NCBI RefSeq assembly: GCF_009914755.1
Contig: NC_060928.1
DNA: 64,000 nucleotides
Reading direction: 5' to 3' (one strand)
Origin: the human T2T-CHM13v2.0 reference genome, Homo sapiens
This document shows, piece after piece, positions 39,753-53,693 of the stretch. Position 1 is the first letter of the stretch. Each line of letters starts with the position of its first letter. Made by a program: the position numbers and the translations under genes. The notes under the pieces were generated by a model. It worked only from the letters and a program-made list of their open reading frames with translations, was not told the DNA's origin and did no database searches.

Positions 39753-41380
39753 TTTTAGACATTATAGTTATTATTAATACTTATGTTAAAGACCATTCAT
39801 GTAAACAAGAACAATATTGATGCTTCTGGCTATCATGTTAAAGTAGTAATGACTTGACAATCTAGCATTGATTATAAAAATGCTTTGGAAAAATAAATAA
39901 TTCGATTACTCAGTGTTTGTACTTAGTATTATAGTTAGTAATTTCTGTTAGCATACATTGTCAAGAAATAATGAAGAGGATTTTTTTGTTTGTCCTTGAA
40001 TTTAGGATTTGTGGCTGAATTTGCTAACTGCACATTTTAACAAATATTAACCTTTGATATAATAGGAAATATGACTTTACATGATTATAACTTCATTCAT
40101 TTTAACAGAAGTGCATTTTTAAAAAGTTTTTAAACATCAAAAATGGTTATCTTTGCATAAATAAAAGGATTCATTTTAGAAAGGTTATTTTAAAATCTAT
40201 AACCTATAGATTAAAGATCTATTCTTCCCAATGTTACCATTTAAATCAATTCCAACATTGGGTAACATCATAGTTTGAATGAAGATTAAGTCACTTACAT
40301 TTATCATTACCAAATGTCTATTTTTTCAATATAAAAAAATGCCTAACTCCACTGGATTACTAGTACTCCTTATCATTCAGTGGATTTTGATAGTTATTCT
40401 GCAGACCCAGAAACCATTCAACAGCACTGAAAAGTTCAACAATCTAACCTGGGTGTTTTTTTAAATCTATTTAAAATCAATCATGAAAAAATGATAGCCA
40501 TGCCTAAATCTAATATATATTTAAATAATATATAATTTATATAAATTCATAAGCAAATGATCAGAGCAGTTCCAGGATATTGACATTTAGCACACAGGAC
40601 TTCTCCAGGTTAAAGAAGTTTATTCTTTTCTTGGACATGGCTCATATTTTTCCAGATCAGAGGATGGATAACAATAATAAATTCCTCATAAAAATTTCTC
40701 TTAGCCAGTTCTCATCTCTCTTCGTGTCAGCAATTCAATTGTATTTTCCCTTGAGGTTTGTGTTATAGTATTAGATGAGAGATGTCAGAATCCATTAGTA
40801 CCTCATGTAGAGATTTCTTCTCTGGTTTCAAACAAAAAAAAAAAAAGTGAATGTGGATGAGATTAATTTTCCTACCTCGGAGCTAAATCAAGTGATAGGA
40901 AGCAATAGGAAGAGATAAGAGGAAAATATTGAAAGAGATAGTGGAAGGCAAAATTTTATCTGATAGAATCCCTCATATTATGTGACTGCATAACAAAATT
41001 TTATACTATTCATTTCTAATCTTGGAAAAATGTTATCAGTAGGATTCATGTTCATCTACTAGCTCCCCATTTCCTCACCCTTAGAGAACAACCACATAGC
41101 AGTGATAGCCTGCTGTTCCAAACATTTTTGTCAAAATATAATTGCTTTGAACCTCCTCGCAGCTTGGGGGCACTAAGAAGCCATCCCCTATGAAATAATA
41201 ATTCAGGTAATTTCAACATATTAATACTATATTTAATAAAACTATTATAAGTGTCATACATAAAAATCATGAATAAAATGTACAATCATTCACATAATGT
41301 CAGATAACTGCAAAGAAATACAAAAAGAAACCTGTGAATTTACCCATGGCAAACCATAATTTCAAGTTTTTCATTAATAA

Positions 41381-41770
41381 CCTTCCCTCCCTGCCTCCCT
41401 CCCTTCCTTCCTCCATCCCTCCCTCCCTCTTTTCTTTTCCTTTCTTTTCTTTTTTCTTTTCTCTTCTCTTCTCTTTTTTCTTTTTTCTTTTGTTGTCTTT
41501 TTCTTTTCTCATTCTCTCTCTCTCTCTCTTTCTCTCTCTTTCTTGAGACAGGGTCTAGAATACAGTGGTGCAAGCACATCTCACTGCAGCCTACAGATTT
41601 GGCTTCCCTGGGCTCAAGTAATCCTTCTAGCTCAGCCTGCCAAGTAGCTGGGACAGGCGTGAGCCACCATGCCTGGCTAATTTTTGATCTGTGGAGACGG
41701 GGTTTTGCCATGTTGCCCAAGCTGGTCTAGAACTCCTGAGTTCAAGTGATCCACCCACTTCAGCCTCCCA
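41381..41770 (-). mobile_element. AluJ, 5'-truncated, with tail expanded into a CT-rich microsatellite (41381-41544)
   Basis: GAGACAGGGTCT..CTCACTGCAGCC..CTGGGCTCAAG; TSD CATTAATAA at 41372-41380 and 41769-41777 brackets tail plus body. Confidence 0.9.
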
Positions 41771-43095
41771 TTAATAATTTTCAATTGTACATTTGTTTTG
41801 CTATTATATTGCACTATGCAATAAAAATTGTAAAGGGCCATAAGTTACCTTTGTCATCCCTATAGATAGAGAGGAAAAGTCGTTTAGGGTTACAATACCT
41901 CAGTGAACATGATACAACTAGAATGTAATGTGAAAACATTGTCACATTGTACTTGTGAAGTCATCACCCATTCTGATGAATATAATACAACACAGACATA
42001 TGTTTATACATATCCGTTATTCTTCCTTCATTTCTTAGAGCTGCCATTTGAAGAGGAAGTAAATATAGTAAAGAGATATATGAATATTAATGAAATGTAT
42101 AATTACTGCTAACTCATTTACAACTTCTGGAGAACACTAAATTATAAAATAAATTTTCGATATTTTCACATGAGTGGTGCTAAAGAACAATAATCAACTC
42201 AATAAAATTTACCCACCTTTGCAATCTTTACCAAACATCTTTATCTTTTATTCAAAATAATAGTAGTACCAGCCTTAAAATAACGGTAACTAGCACTAAA
42301 CACTATGTTACCAAATAATTAAATAAAAAAAAATACGGAGAGTTTTCAGAGCTAAAGAGATTATTTAAAAAAATTAAACGTCATGTCCTCAGTAACACTA
42401 GTGTTGTGAAAGGGGAAAAAAAGGTAGAACAAGCAGAGGACAGAATAAAGAAAGTTAAAAAGTATCATTTTAGTCTTCAAGAAGCATAACATTGAGTGAG
42501 GCAAATAAAATTACAAGAACATAGAAAAGTTGAATAATGTTTAAAGTGATAAAGTATATTTCAATACAATGATACAAAGCAGCCTATTATAAATGATTTT
42601 TATATATGAATGATATATAAGTTAATAATAAAAAATAAATGATATCAGCAGTAGCTATATATCATTAGAAGTCCAGCATCATTTTATAAGGAAAAGTATT
42701 ATAACTTAAGATTCTCTTTCACAGCTCTTCTCCTGAAGATGGTGGTGTGGCTTTCTATTTCATGGGCTGTCCAGACTAGGCACTGCAAATTTATTTTAAA
42801 AAGCATAAAATATACTGGTAGTTGTGCTAAGGTTAAAATGTGTAGATCTGCAGCGATTCAGATAATCTACACTCCTGGCTGGATTCAGTCATAGTTTACA
42901 ATAGCCATTATCTGTCTGTACCAAGATGTTCCATGGTTCTAGGTTTGACTGTATACTGTTCCACCCACCTCTGCCACTCTCTGCCAGATTGACAGTCCAA
43001 TTAACACATGGCGTGTCTGCAGACTACAGTACTCAGTCAGTCATATTTTCTGCTTTTCCCTGAGCCCAGAAAAGACAGCTCCAACAAGACATTTC

Positions 43096-43405
43096 TTTTC
43101 TTTTTTTTTTTTTTTTTTTTTTAAGACTGAGTCTTCCTCTGTTACCCAGGCTGGAGTGCAATGGTGCTATCTCCACTTGCTGCAACCTCCCACCCTCCCA
43201 GGTTCAAGAAATTCTCCTGCCTCAGCCTCCCAAGTAGCTGGGACTACAGGTGCATACTGCCACGCCTGGCTAATTTTTTGTATTTTTAGTACAGACAGGG
43301 TTTCACCATGTTGGCCAGGCTGGTCTCGAACTCCTGACCTCGTGATCTGCCTGCCTCGGCCTCCCAAAGTGCTGGGATTACAGGCCTGAGCCACCACGCC
43401 CTGCC
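43096..43405 (-). mobile_element. Alu, AluSg-like
   Basis: TCTCGAACTCCTGACCTCGTGATC; TSD CCAACAAGACATTTCTT / CCAAAAAGACATTCTT. Confidence 0.95.
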
Positions 43406-43439
43406 CCAAAAAGACATTCTTAATGGTATGTTTTCTTCA

Positions 43440-44553
43440 CTAAGAATTCTGGATACCACCCCCACATATTCCTCCCACCTATTATCTTTTGTTGCTTCCT
43501 CCTAATGTTCCTGACCTGTGAATGTTGAATGGCCCAAGGCTACAGACTAGTCCTTGAATTTGTTTTCTTTTTAACCTGTCACTCCCCAGGGACTTCATCT
43601 GGTCTTATGATTAAAATATAGTCTAGATGCTGAGACTTCTTAAATTATTTCTCCAACTCAGATTCTCCCCTACACTTCAGAGATGTCTATCATCTCTATT
43701 CAATATCTCCACTCAGATATCTAATAGGAACCTCACATTCAGAATGTCTAAAACCCCTCTTATTTCTTGTTCCCCACAGCCAGCATCAGGTTTTCATGCA
43801 GTCAGATATTTTCATCTCAGTTAACAGAAAGTCTGTTCTTCTAGTTCCTCATGCCACATCTTTAATGAAATCTTTGATGCCCTTTTCTCCCCCACACCCT
43901 CCATTTGGTCAGCTGTACCTTCAAAATATATCCTGTCAACAGCGTAACCCATTTACCATCGTCTCTCATCTAAATGATGCAACAGCTTTCTATTAAGTTT
44001 GCCTTATCTTTTTTTTTTCTTGAGACTTTCAGTTGATTTTCTACAAATTAAACTGAATGCCTCTTTTGAAACATAAATTGAATTATGTCATCAGATAGAA
44101 GCCCTCAATTGTCTTCACAGTTCCTCTGTGGAATAGCCATAATACTTACCATGACTCTAAATATACGGTCCCTTTATCACACTGACCTCATCTTTTAAAA
44201 CTGTCTTCTCCTTCACTTACCTCCAATTGTATTCTCCCCTTGCTATAGCACAATAAGGTCTTGCGGTCTTGGCTCTCATTGGGCCTCTGCTTGAATGTCC
44301 TCCCTCGGCCCAATATCTGCATGGCTGCTTTCCTTGCTTATTTCAGTGTTTAATTCTAAAGTCACTATCTTAGTGAAGTCTTTTCTTGTCATGCTATCTT
44401 AAAGTTTACTTATCACTTAAAATTTAGTTTCGTCCCTTGCTTACTATATTTTTTCCATAGTACTAATTAAGAAATTATATATTTCCATGTATTTATCCTT
44501 CTTATGGGGTAGCTCCTCCATTAGAAGGTTCTTTGTATGAGCACAGAGATTTT

Positions 44554-44594
<41 letters not shown>

Positions 44595-44697
44595 TTTATT
44601 TTTATTTTTTGGCTGGGGTAGAGGACTGCTGTTCACTCTTGGTAGAATCTAGAAAAGTGCCAGGCATATAGCACTCTGTAAACGTTTATTGAATACC
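43440..44697 (+). mobile_element. L2a-like LINE 3' ~1.2 kb, with (TTTA)n at ~44550-44610
   Basis: ATCTCCACTCAGATATCTAATAGG..ATGTCTAAAAC..TACCTTCAAAATATATCC..CTAGAAAAGTGCCAGGCATATAG..TTTATTGAAT. Confidence 0.75.
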
Positions 44698-44717
44698 TTG
44701 ATTAGAGATCTTAACAA

Positions 44718-45512
44718 GTATATTAGTTAGGACTCAGATTGCTGAAACAAAAGACAAAAATAAAACGGTGCTTAAAAAAAAAAAACACCCCCGGCCGGGC
44801 GCGGTGGCTCACGCCTGTAATCCCAGCACTTTGGGAGGCTGAAGCGGGCGGATCATGAGGTCAGGAGATTGAGACCATCCTGGCTAACACGGCGAAACCC
44901 TGTCTCTACTAAAAATATAAAAAAATTCGCCGGGCGTGTTGGCGGGCGCCTGTAGTCCCAAGCTACTCGGGAGGCTGAGGGAGGAGAATGGCGTGAACCC
45001 GGGAGGCGGAGCTTGCAATGAGCCAAGATCGCGCCACTGGACTCCAGCCCCGGCAGCAGAGGGAGACTCCGTCTCAAAAAAATAAATAAATAAAAATTAA
45101 AAACCCTCCATTTCTTTCTTTCATGTAGGAGATCACTCAGAGGATGCAGAAATAGTAGTTCAGTTTGACAGTGTTGGTGACTGATGCTGTTTCTGATTGC
45201 TCTATCACCTTCAACATCTTGGCTTCATTTCATGTTCTAAGATGATCCCACAATTATTATTTCCGATTTACAGTTGCAAGGAAGAAAGGAAAAGGGAAAT
45301 GGAGGGCATGACCTCCTTTCTCTTCAAGAGCACAATCCAGAAGTTACACACTTTATTTTTACTCATATCCTATTGGCAATAACAGGTACAAAACACACCT
45401 AACCACAACAGAGGCTTGAAAATATATACTTATTCTAGGTTACTATACACCCAGCTTAAAAAAGAAAAGAGTGAAAATTGTTATTGGATTAAAAGAGGCA
45501 ACAGTCTGCCCA
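44718..45512 (-). mobile_element. MLT1K/L-like MaLR LTR interrupted by AluY
   Basis: TATTAGTTAGGACTCAGATTGC..; CCAGAAGTTACACAC..CTCATATCCTATTGGC..CACACCTAACCACAA..GAGGCT. Confidence 0.6.
44793..45099 (+). mobile_element. AluY
   Basis: GGCCGGGCGCGGTGG..GAGACCATCCTGGCTAACACGG..GAGAATGGCGTGAACCCGGGAGGCGGAGCTTGCA; many CpGs retained. Confidence 0.96.
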
Positions 45513-45610
45513 AACTCTTAACTCCTAACCCTACATCAAGCACAATGTTTGACACCTACGGTAAGGTCAGTCAGTCCACAGTCTGACTGGACAAGTCTGT
45601 GAAGACCTCA

Positions 45611-45926
<316 letters not shown>

Positions 45927-46679
45927 AGTTCATTGCCAACATATTGATAAGCTTATATACCTATGAATTTCCAACCCCTGCAATACAAAAAAAAAAAAAT
46001 CCTTAAAATAGACAATGGTCTTCTTCTCAGGCCCACTATACCTGAGCTCACCTAAGTGTGCCAGCCTTTTATCCTTACAATCAAGTCCTAATTAGCACAC
46101 AACTTATCCTTTTAGAAAACCACATACGCAGTAACACCAGCAAAATCTGTTTAATTTTATTTTATCTGTTCCAGGCATTTCAACCCTACTTCAACTTCCA
46201 TTTCAGCCTCTGGTTCCTCTTCCACCCCTCACTTTTCCCTACTCACAAAATCTCATACTGTTGCTGGTAGAAAACAAAACCAAAGAAACCTGCCCTGTGC
46301 CTGGGCCTATGTATTCCCCCTCTCTCTTCTTCTGGCAACTTTACCATCATACTGCAAAGTACAGCCAGGACGTGTCCTGGTGATGAATGGCTCGGACCAT
46401 TATGGACCAGCTATAGAATAGACAATTGGGTGAGGAGAATTGATTGACTGATTGATTGATATTTTAGAAGGGAAAATTAAGCTTAAAAGGAGATATGTTA
46501 TAAAGGTTTCCAATAAAGTATTTATGAACAATAGTAGTAAGATTTGACTCAAAATCAAGTATTAGTACTTTATTTTGCCTCATATGTGTCAACAGATACT
46601 AATTTGCTTTGACAAATACAGGATACCAAAAACACACACACATACACAATCAAGTCGAACTGATTTCTTCTGTACTTAG

Positions 46680-47108
<429 letters not shown>

Positions 47109-47379
47109 TAGCCAATTATTCATTTATAGAAGTGGACAAAAATAGAGTGATGATAAATAGCAAAGATCTGAAAAAGTTGAGAAGAAAATAAATTCTCCTA
47201 AACTTCTTCAAACTTTGGTTTCCCATTATAGAAGAGGTATAACGAAATTATCAAAATAAATTACCATACACTTGTGACAACAGTCAGAGGAAGACCTTTG
47301 AAACAGCATTAGACGTTTAATAGCTCCCTTGGTGCTCTGGACACTGGGCCTCTCTCACTTCCCAAAAGAACTTGCAGAA

Positions 47380-47900
47380 TCAATTATCACCTTCCTCTCC
47401 AATAATTAATTACCTCTTTCCTTCTTGTTCTTCAAACTCTCTCTTTACTAGATCTTTGCTTTCAGCAGATAAAATTGTTCAAGCTTCTTTTCCATGCATA
47501 AATTGCAAAATTGTTTAGATAGACCTTCTCACTTTTTCCCCGAATACTCAAGCACATTGAAAAACTCTTTCCTTACACCTCCTCTCATTCATTCCTAAGC
47601 CCAAAACCACCTTGCTTCTACCAAGACCACTTCACCAAACTCTTCCCAAAGTTAGTTCTTTTATTGCCAAACAAAGGCTTTTTACCCTTCATCTTACTGG
47701 ACCTCTCTGTAACATCTAACACTGTAGATCACTTACCTCTCTTCTTAGTTTTCTCCACATGAATTTTGGGTACACCACCATTTATTACTTTGTGCAAAAA
47801 AAGTAGTGGTCCTCATCTTCTTCTCAATATTTATCTCCCTGTCTCTTACTTGTGCCTACTGCCCATTCCCGTATAGCATATGGAGGTGTTCATATACTGT
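47380..47900 (+). mobile_element. L2 internal fragment
   Basis: CTTCATCTTACTGGACCTCTCTGTAACATCTAACACTGTAGATCAC resembles the L2 RT 'LDLS.AFDTVDH' region. Confidence 0.55.
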
Positions 47901-47914
47901 GGCCCAGAGAAGAC

Positions 47915-48101
47915 AAACAGTGTTCAACCATTTGGCTTCCCTGGGCCACATCTGAAGAAGAAGAATTGTCTTGGGCCACACATAAAATACACTAACACTA
48001 ATGATAGCTGATGAGCTAAACAAAAGGTCTGTGCAACATTTTCGTGATACCTGCCACCACAGATAAGCAAAAAAGTTCTCATTCAAAGGGTTGGAAACTA
48101 G
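47915..48101 (+). mobile_element. MER30(B) hAT-Charlie DNA transposon
   Basis: TTTGGCTTCCCTGGGCCACA..GAAGAAGAAGAATTGTCTTGGGCCACACATAAAATACACTAACACTAATGATAGCTGATGAGCTAAA. Confidence 0.88.
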
Positions 48102-48462
48102 TATTGCCATTTGTTCTCCTCCTAATCACCCCTCTACATGAAGGAATTTAAAGTCCACTCTGCCTGCTCAGTTTGTCTCTTCTGTTAGGTTTACCAAGAA
48201 CATCCATTCCCAACAGTCTCCCTCGTGGCCCACCCTGAATGGAGGATTCCAGGGTGATGGATGGGGTTTATTGTATTATTGTGGGCACCTGGGCCATTTC
48301 CAAACCCTACCAGACTGTGGAGTGAAATGCATTGATGAGAAATGACCCTGAGAGTGTACTGTGTTCCTGCTCTATACCCTTGATTCAGGGGCTGCTGGCC
48401 ACTGACAACATCTCCTAAGACAAACACACCAGGAGAGGTACAAGACTGAGAATGACACAGAG

Positions 48463-48660
48463 TAGTGGTTCTCAACGTACTGCCTTTGAGACATGTAAAA
48501 GCATAATCAGCATCACCCACAAAGACTTCAGAAATGCAGATTCTCAAGTCCTGCCCCAGATCTACTGAATAAGTAACTGTGAAGATAGGGCTCAGCAAAC
48601 TGCATTTTAAGCATCCCATTACATGAATCAGATGGAGGTCCAAGTTTGAGAAATACGGCT
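48463..48660 (-). mobile_element. MER5A-like DNA transposon
   Basis: AGTGGTTCTCAA terminus; ATCAGCATCACC..AGAAATGCAGATTCTC..CCCAGATCTACTGAAT..AAGTTTGAGAA. Confidence 0.75.
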
Positions 48661-49387
48661 GTAGAGTATCAGATACCTGGCTTAAGTGCCAATGTGCTAG
48701 CTCTGGACTTACTAAAAACAGCCCTGGGGAATATTACTGGCAACACACTCTTATCTGGTGCCCTGTCTCCAGAATCATCTATTTACTGAGGCAGGCACAG
48801 GACACTGGAGTTTCTCCTTGCTAGTGTTCTATTTCATCTGTTTCATCCCATTCTGTTTAGTGCTTGAGCAATCTCTTTCTTGTATACTTTTGGTCTATTC
48901 CTTTTGTAATTTCAGACATTCTGTTTCTTTCTTTTTTTTTCAGATATAATATTTCTTCATTTCCTTGTCACTCCAAATACAATGATATTTTTAAAAATAT
49001 TATAGTTAAAGCACAAACTGCTATGTAGAATCATAAAACATGTAGTCAGCAAATGCACTTAAACCTATGGACTTGAGAATACGTAAATTTAGAAGCTTGT
49101 ATTTCACAGTGAAAGAACCTAGATAAAAAATAAAATATAAATTTGTCATAATGGAAGGAGAAAAACTGTCAGTTTTGAAACTGCATAAAAGGGTGAGATA
49201 TATATTATTTAAAGTTGCACTAAAATTTCTTATGCTCAACTTGCACAGTTTTTGATTTAATCTCCACAGTGAAAATCTGGAAGCTATCTTGTCATGAGAG
49301 GGTGTTTTGGTGACATCTATATTTAACACTCTAAGGCAAAAACATATTTCCAATTATGTTTTCCAAAAATAAGGTTAATTAAAAAAA

Positions 49388-49627
49388 TTTTTTTTGAGAT
49401 AGGATCTTGCTCTGTCACCCAGGCTGGAGTGCAGTGGCATAATCATAGCTTACTGCAGCCTTCAATTCCTGGGCTCAAGCCGTCTTCCCCGCTCAGCTTC
49501 TCAGTTTTGTAGAGAGAGGTTTTCATTATGTTGCCCAACCTGGTCTCAAACTCCCAGCCTCAAGCAATCCTCCTGCCTCAGCCTCCCAAAACACTGGGAT
49601 TACAGGCTTGAGCCACTGTACCCAGGC
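49388..49627 (-). mobile_element. AluJ with internal deletion across the arm junction
   Basis: ATCATAGCTTACTGCAGCCTT..CCTGGGCTCAAGC..TCAGCTTCTCAG|TTTTGTAGAG. Confidence 0.9.
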
Positions 49628-50666
49628 AAATCAAATATTTTAAAAATAATAGATTGTTTTAATTTTTAATTATCAAAGTTAAATATATTTAAATTAGACA
49701 TAAAAATTTGGAGTTTTTTTATTTACTGGAAAAAAGCATATTTTACATAACTAGTGGGTAATATATGGAATATAAGAATAAGAGGCAAAGTCAATATAGA
49801 GAAAACAAAGAAGTCAAGCCATTAGATATAATGCCTAAAAATTTCTGATGGCTCATACTCATTACCCATATTTTAACCTAATATGTCATTTGTGAAACTT
49901 AAAATAAAAAACACTATTTAATTTAGATGTTTTTGTACTTAATATAAACATCTTTCCACCAGCAGTTTGCAACTAAACACATTCATCTGTGTAAAATCAA
50001 TATAATTATCAAAAAATGGCAGTTAAAAAAAACCCAGTCCAAGTAAGACAGTTAGACATTTACAAGGTATGACTAACAATTTCTCCACTAGAAATGCTAC
50101 ATAAAATCAGTTTTGTCTTACAGTCAATCAGAATATAAGAATTACAAGCAAAGGACTGAATCACAAAATACTGTATTATAAACCATGTCACTAGAAAAAT
50201 TTAGATTAAAATATGCTTCAAGATACTAAAATATGATCTTTACTTAAAAGATGTCTTAATTCCAGAGGGAAATATTACTAATAAATAGCTTAGAGATGTC
50301 ATTCATATCTATTTTTGTTAAGCAATTATATTGATGTTAGGTAGAGTTCAAGACTCTAGACCAAATGGTGATCAAAAATTAACAAACCTTAATAGACCTG
50401 ATATTCTAAATGTATATTAGTTGAATAAATCTAAGGTTCAAGGTTTTTAAAAATATTACTAAATTAATTGTACAAACACACCGAGACATGAACAAGATCT
50501 CATGGTGAGTGACATAGCCAGGATTACTTTATTTTCATTGTCCATAGCTAAAGTTTTGCCACTTTCTCTATCACATTAAGAATTAAATTATTAAAAATAA
50601 ACTTTTTAAAAATGAACTCAACCAAAGATAAAATGTGCTACACTATGACATCAAAAACTAGGAGTA

Positions 50667-51026
<360 letters not shown>

Positions 51027-51926
51027 CTAATCCCTTCACTTCTCTGTTAACTGTAGACCATTCTGTTTTAAAGTCTTTGTGTATGGTTTTCTCAATCATT
51101 TTCACCATGCCACTATTTTCATTTGAAAGCAATTTAAACATTTTCAAAAGCTTGAATAGAATTTTTTTAACGCTGCAAGAGAAATTATGAGAAACAGAAC
51201 AAACCAACCCATGAAGTATAAGTACTATGAATCTCAAAACCTAAGAAAAATCTGTTCCATATTTGTATTTCTATAATATTTTAGGACATTTGTAAGTATA
51301 TGGTTGTTTCCCTGGAAAGTTTTAGTGAAGCCCAGGTATTTATATTTGAATGTTACTTTTTTATCTAGCATCTCTCCAAGAAAATTTGTAAAGACTGAGA
51401 AACAAATACCAACACCAATAAATAATCACCTACCTCCCTTATTAAGTATTCTTTTAAAGACACATTTCATGTGAATTTTTAAAAAAGTTTTGTATTTTTC
51501 ACCTAGGATAAATGATGTCATATCCACTCTATCCCTTCTCTTAAAAATCATTTGAATTCAACCAATACAAACACAAGATATTTATAAATTTACTTTGCTT
51601 AAATCATCAATAGCAGAACTACAGTCAACTCTTTTTAATGCTATAGAAAATCATTCAACTTCTAAAACATTTCATATCAGAGACCAAGCATTTATCTTTC
51701 AATTGTTATCACAGAAGACAAGCCAAATATCATAAATGACAAATCATGTCTCTAGAGATGAAAGTTCTGTGTATTTTTTTAAAGACATGTCTTAGCATGT
51801 TAAGGTCTTTAAGATTATACAGTTACAGTTTATGAAATAGATAACTATCAAAAGTTATTTATTTTAATCTCCTTTAAAAAGTCCTTAGCCTTTGAAGGAT
51901 ATTTCTGAACTTTGAAATTTAGAGAC

Positions 51927-52368
51927 TATATTGCTTTCATTTGGCTACTGTAACAAATTACCAAAGGCTAGGTGGCTTGAAACTAGAGATGTATTCTTAT
52001 TCAGTAGTGGAGGCCAGAAGCCACAAATCAAAGCCTTGGCAGAAGCTAGGGGAACAAATCCATTCTTTACCTCTCTCTTAGCTTCGGATAGCTGCCCGTA
52101 AACCCTGGCATTCCTTGGCTTGTGACCACTTCACTCCAATCTCTGCCTCCATCTACACACTTTCTCCTTCTTCTGCATGTGTCTCATCTGTGTGTCTCTT
52201 ATATATACACACATGCCATTGGATTTGGATAATCAAGGATGGCCTCCTCTTCTCAAGGTCCTTAATGTCATCTGCTAAAATCCTTTCTTCCAATCAAGAT
52301 AACATTCCCAGGTTTGAGGGATTTGACATGGATGTATCTTTTTGGGGACTACCATTCAATCCACTGCA
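51927..52368 (-). mobile_element. MLT1C-like MaLR solo LTR
   Basis: CTGTAACAAATTACCA..GGTGGCTTGAAAC..CTGGCATTCCTTGGCTTGTG..CACTCCAATCTCTGCCTCC; perfect 5-bp TSD GAGAC (51922-51926 / 52369-52373). Confidence 0.9.
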
Positions 52369-52410
52369 GAGACTAAATATTATCATTATATAAACATTTT
52401 CATTATTGCC

Positions 52411-52858
52411 TATAGTAGGCAAAATAATGGCCTCTGAAATATGTCCACATCCTAATTCCAGGAATATGTTATATTACAATGCAAATGGGTTTTTCCAAAC
52501 TGGTTAAATTAAGGATCTTGAGATAGACAGAGTATTTGGATTATTCAGGTGGGCCCAATGTAATCAGGAGGATCATTTTAGGAGGAAGGCTGGAGGGTCA
52601 GCATGAAAGATGTAAGGATGGCAGCAGAGGTCAGAGTGATGGAACTTGGATCCAAGGGATGCCAGCAGCACCTAGAAACTGGACAAGGCAAGGAAGAGGT
52701 TTCTCCTGCAGGTCCCCAGATGTAACACAGCACTTGAGTTTAGCCTCATCAGACCAGCTGTAGACTTCTGCTTCCGGAACTGTAACATAATAAATTTGTG
52801 CTGTTTGAAGCCACGACATTTGAGGCAATATGTTGCAGAGCAATAGGAAATGAATGCA
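52411..52858 (+). mobile_element. MLT1D-like MaLR solo LTR
   Basis: TAGGCAAAATAATGGCC..ATGTCCACATCCTAAT..AAATTAAGGATCTTGAGAT..GGTGGGCCCAATGTAATCA..ATAAATTTGTGCTGTTTGAAGCCAC..GCAATAGGAAA. Confidence 0.9.
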
Positions 52859-53378
52859 CTGTCCAGCATTCTTTTGTAAAGCAGATATCCAGTAGTAGAT
52901 GTCTTACAGAACAGAGCCTGATTACTGTGGTCAGATAGATAGCTGGGGCTGCCTAACAGAGAAAAGTGAAGTAAAATCTATTTTATTTTTAATCACACGA
53001 GTTATCTTACTTAACTTGGGTTTAATTCTAACATAATTAGTAATTAGAAGCTTGTTTTGTTTTCCCTTGGCTTCTAAATGATGCCTGTGATTCATGCTGC
53101 AAGAGGACATGTAATGAATGGACACAGCATTTCATGGGACATTCTCAGAAGTCCTTCCCCTATTAGTAAGGTTGTGTCCAAAATTTTCTATCTCTGTTTA
53201 AAACTACAAAATAAATTGCTATAAAAATCACTGGAGAGTATTAGGCAGCTAATAAATTTCAAACAGAATCTGTTGTTCTTCAAAATAAGCACAGTCAACT
53301 ACTACAAAAATTAATATGTTGGTGTAGGCATGCTATATTTATTATGCTTTGCCTTATAACTTTCATAACTTTTACACC

Positions 53379-53693
53379 TTTTTCTTTTTTTTTTTTTTTT
53401 TTTTTTTGAGACAGAGTCTTGCTCTGTTGCCCAGGCTGAAGTGCAGTGGCATGATCTTGGCTCACTGCAACCTCCGCTTCCTTGGTTCAAGTGATTCTCC
53501 TGTCTCAGCCTCCTGAGTAGCTGGGACTACAGGTGTGCGTCACTGAGCCTGGCTAGTTTTTTTTTGTATTTTTTGTAGAGATAGGGTTTCGCCATTTTGG
53601 CCAGGCTGGTCTTGAACTCCTGACTACAGGCGATCTGCCTGCCTCAGTCTCCCAAAATGCTGGGATTACAGGTGTGAGCCATCGCACGTGGCG
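53379..53693 (-). mobile_element. AluS
   Basis: Complete dimer; TSD ATAACTTTTACACCTTTT / ATGACTTGTACACCTTTT. Confidence 0.95.

Noticed and set aside
44793-45099. CpG-dense patch as a CpG island
   Set aside because: Fully explained by a young AluY.
48191-48643. 150-aa minus-strand ORF
   Set aside because: Begins inside a MER5A relic, has a non-ATG start and shows no recognisable domain.
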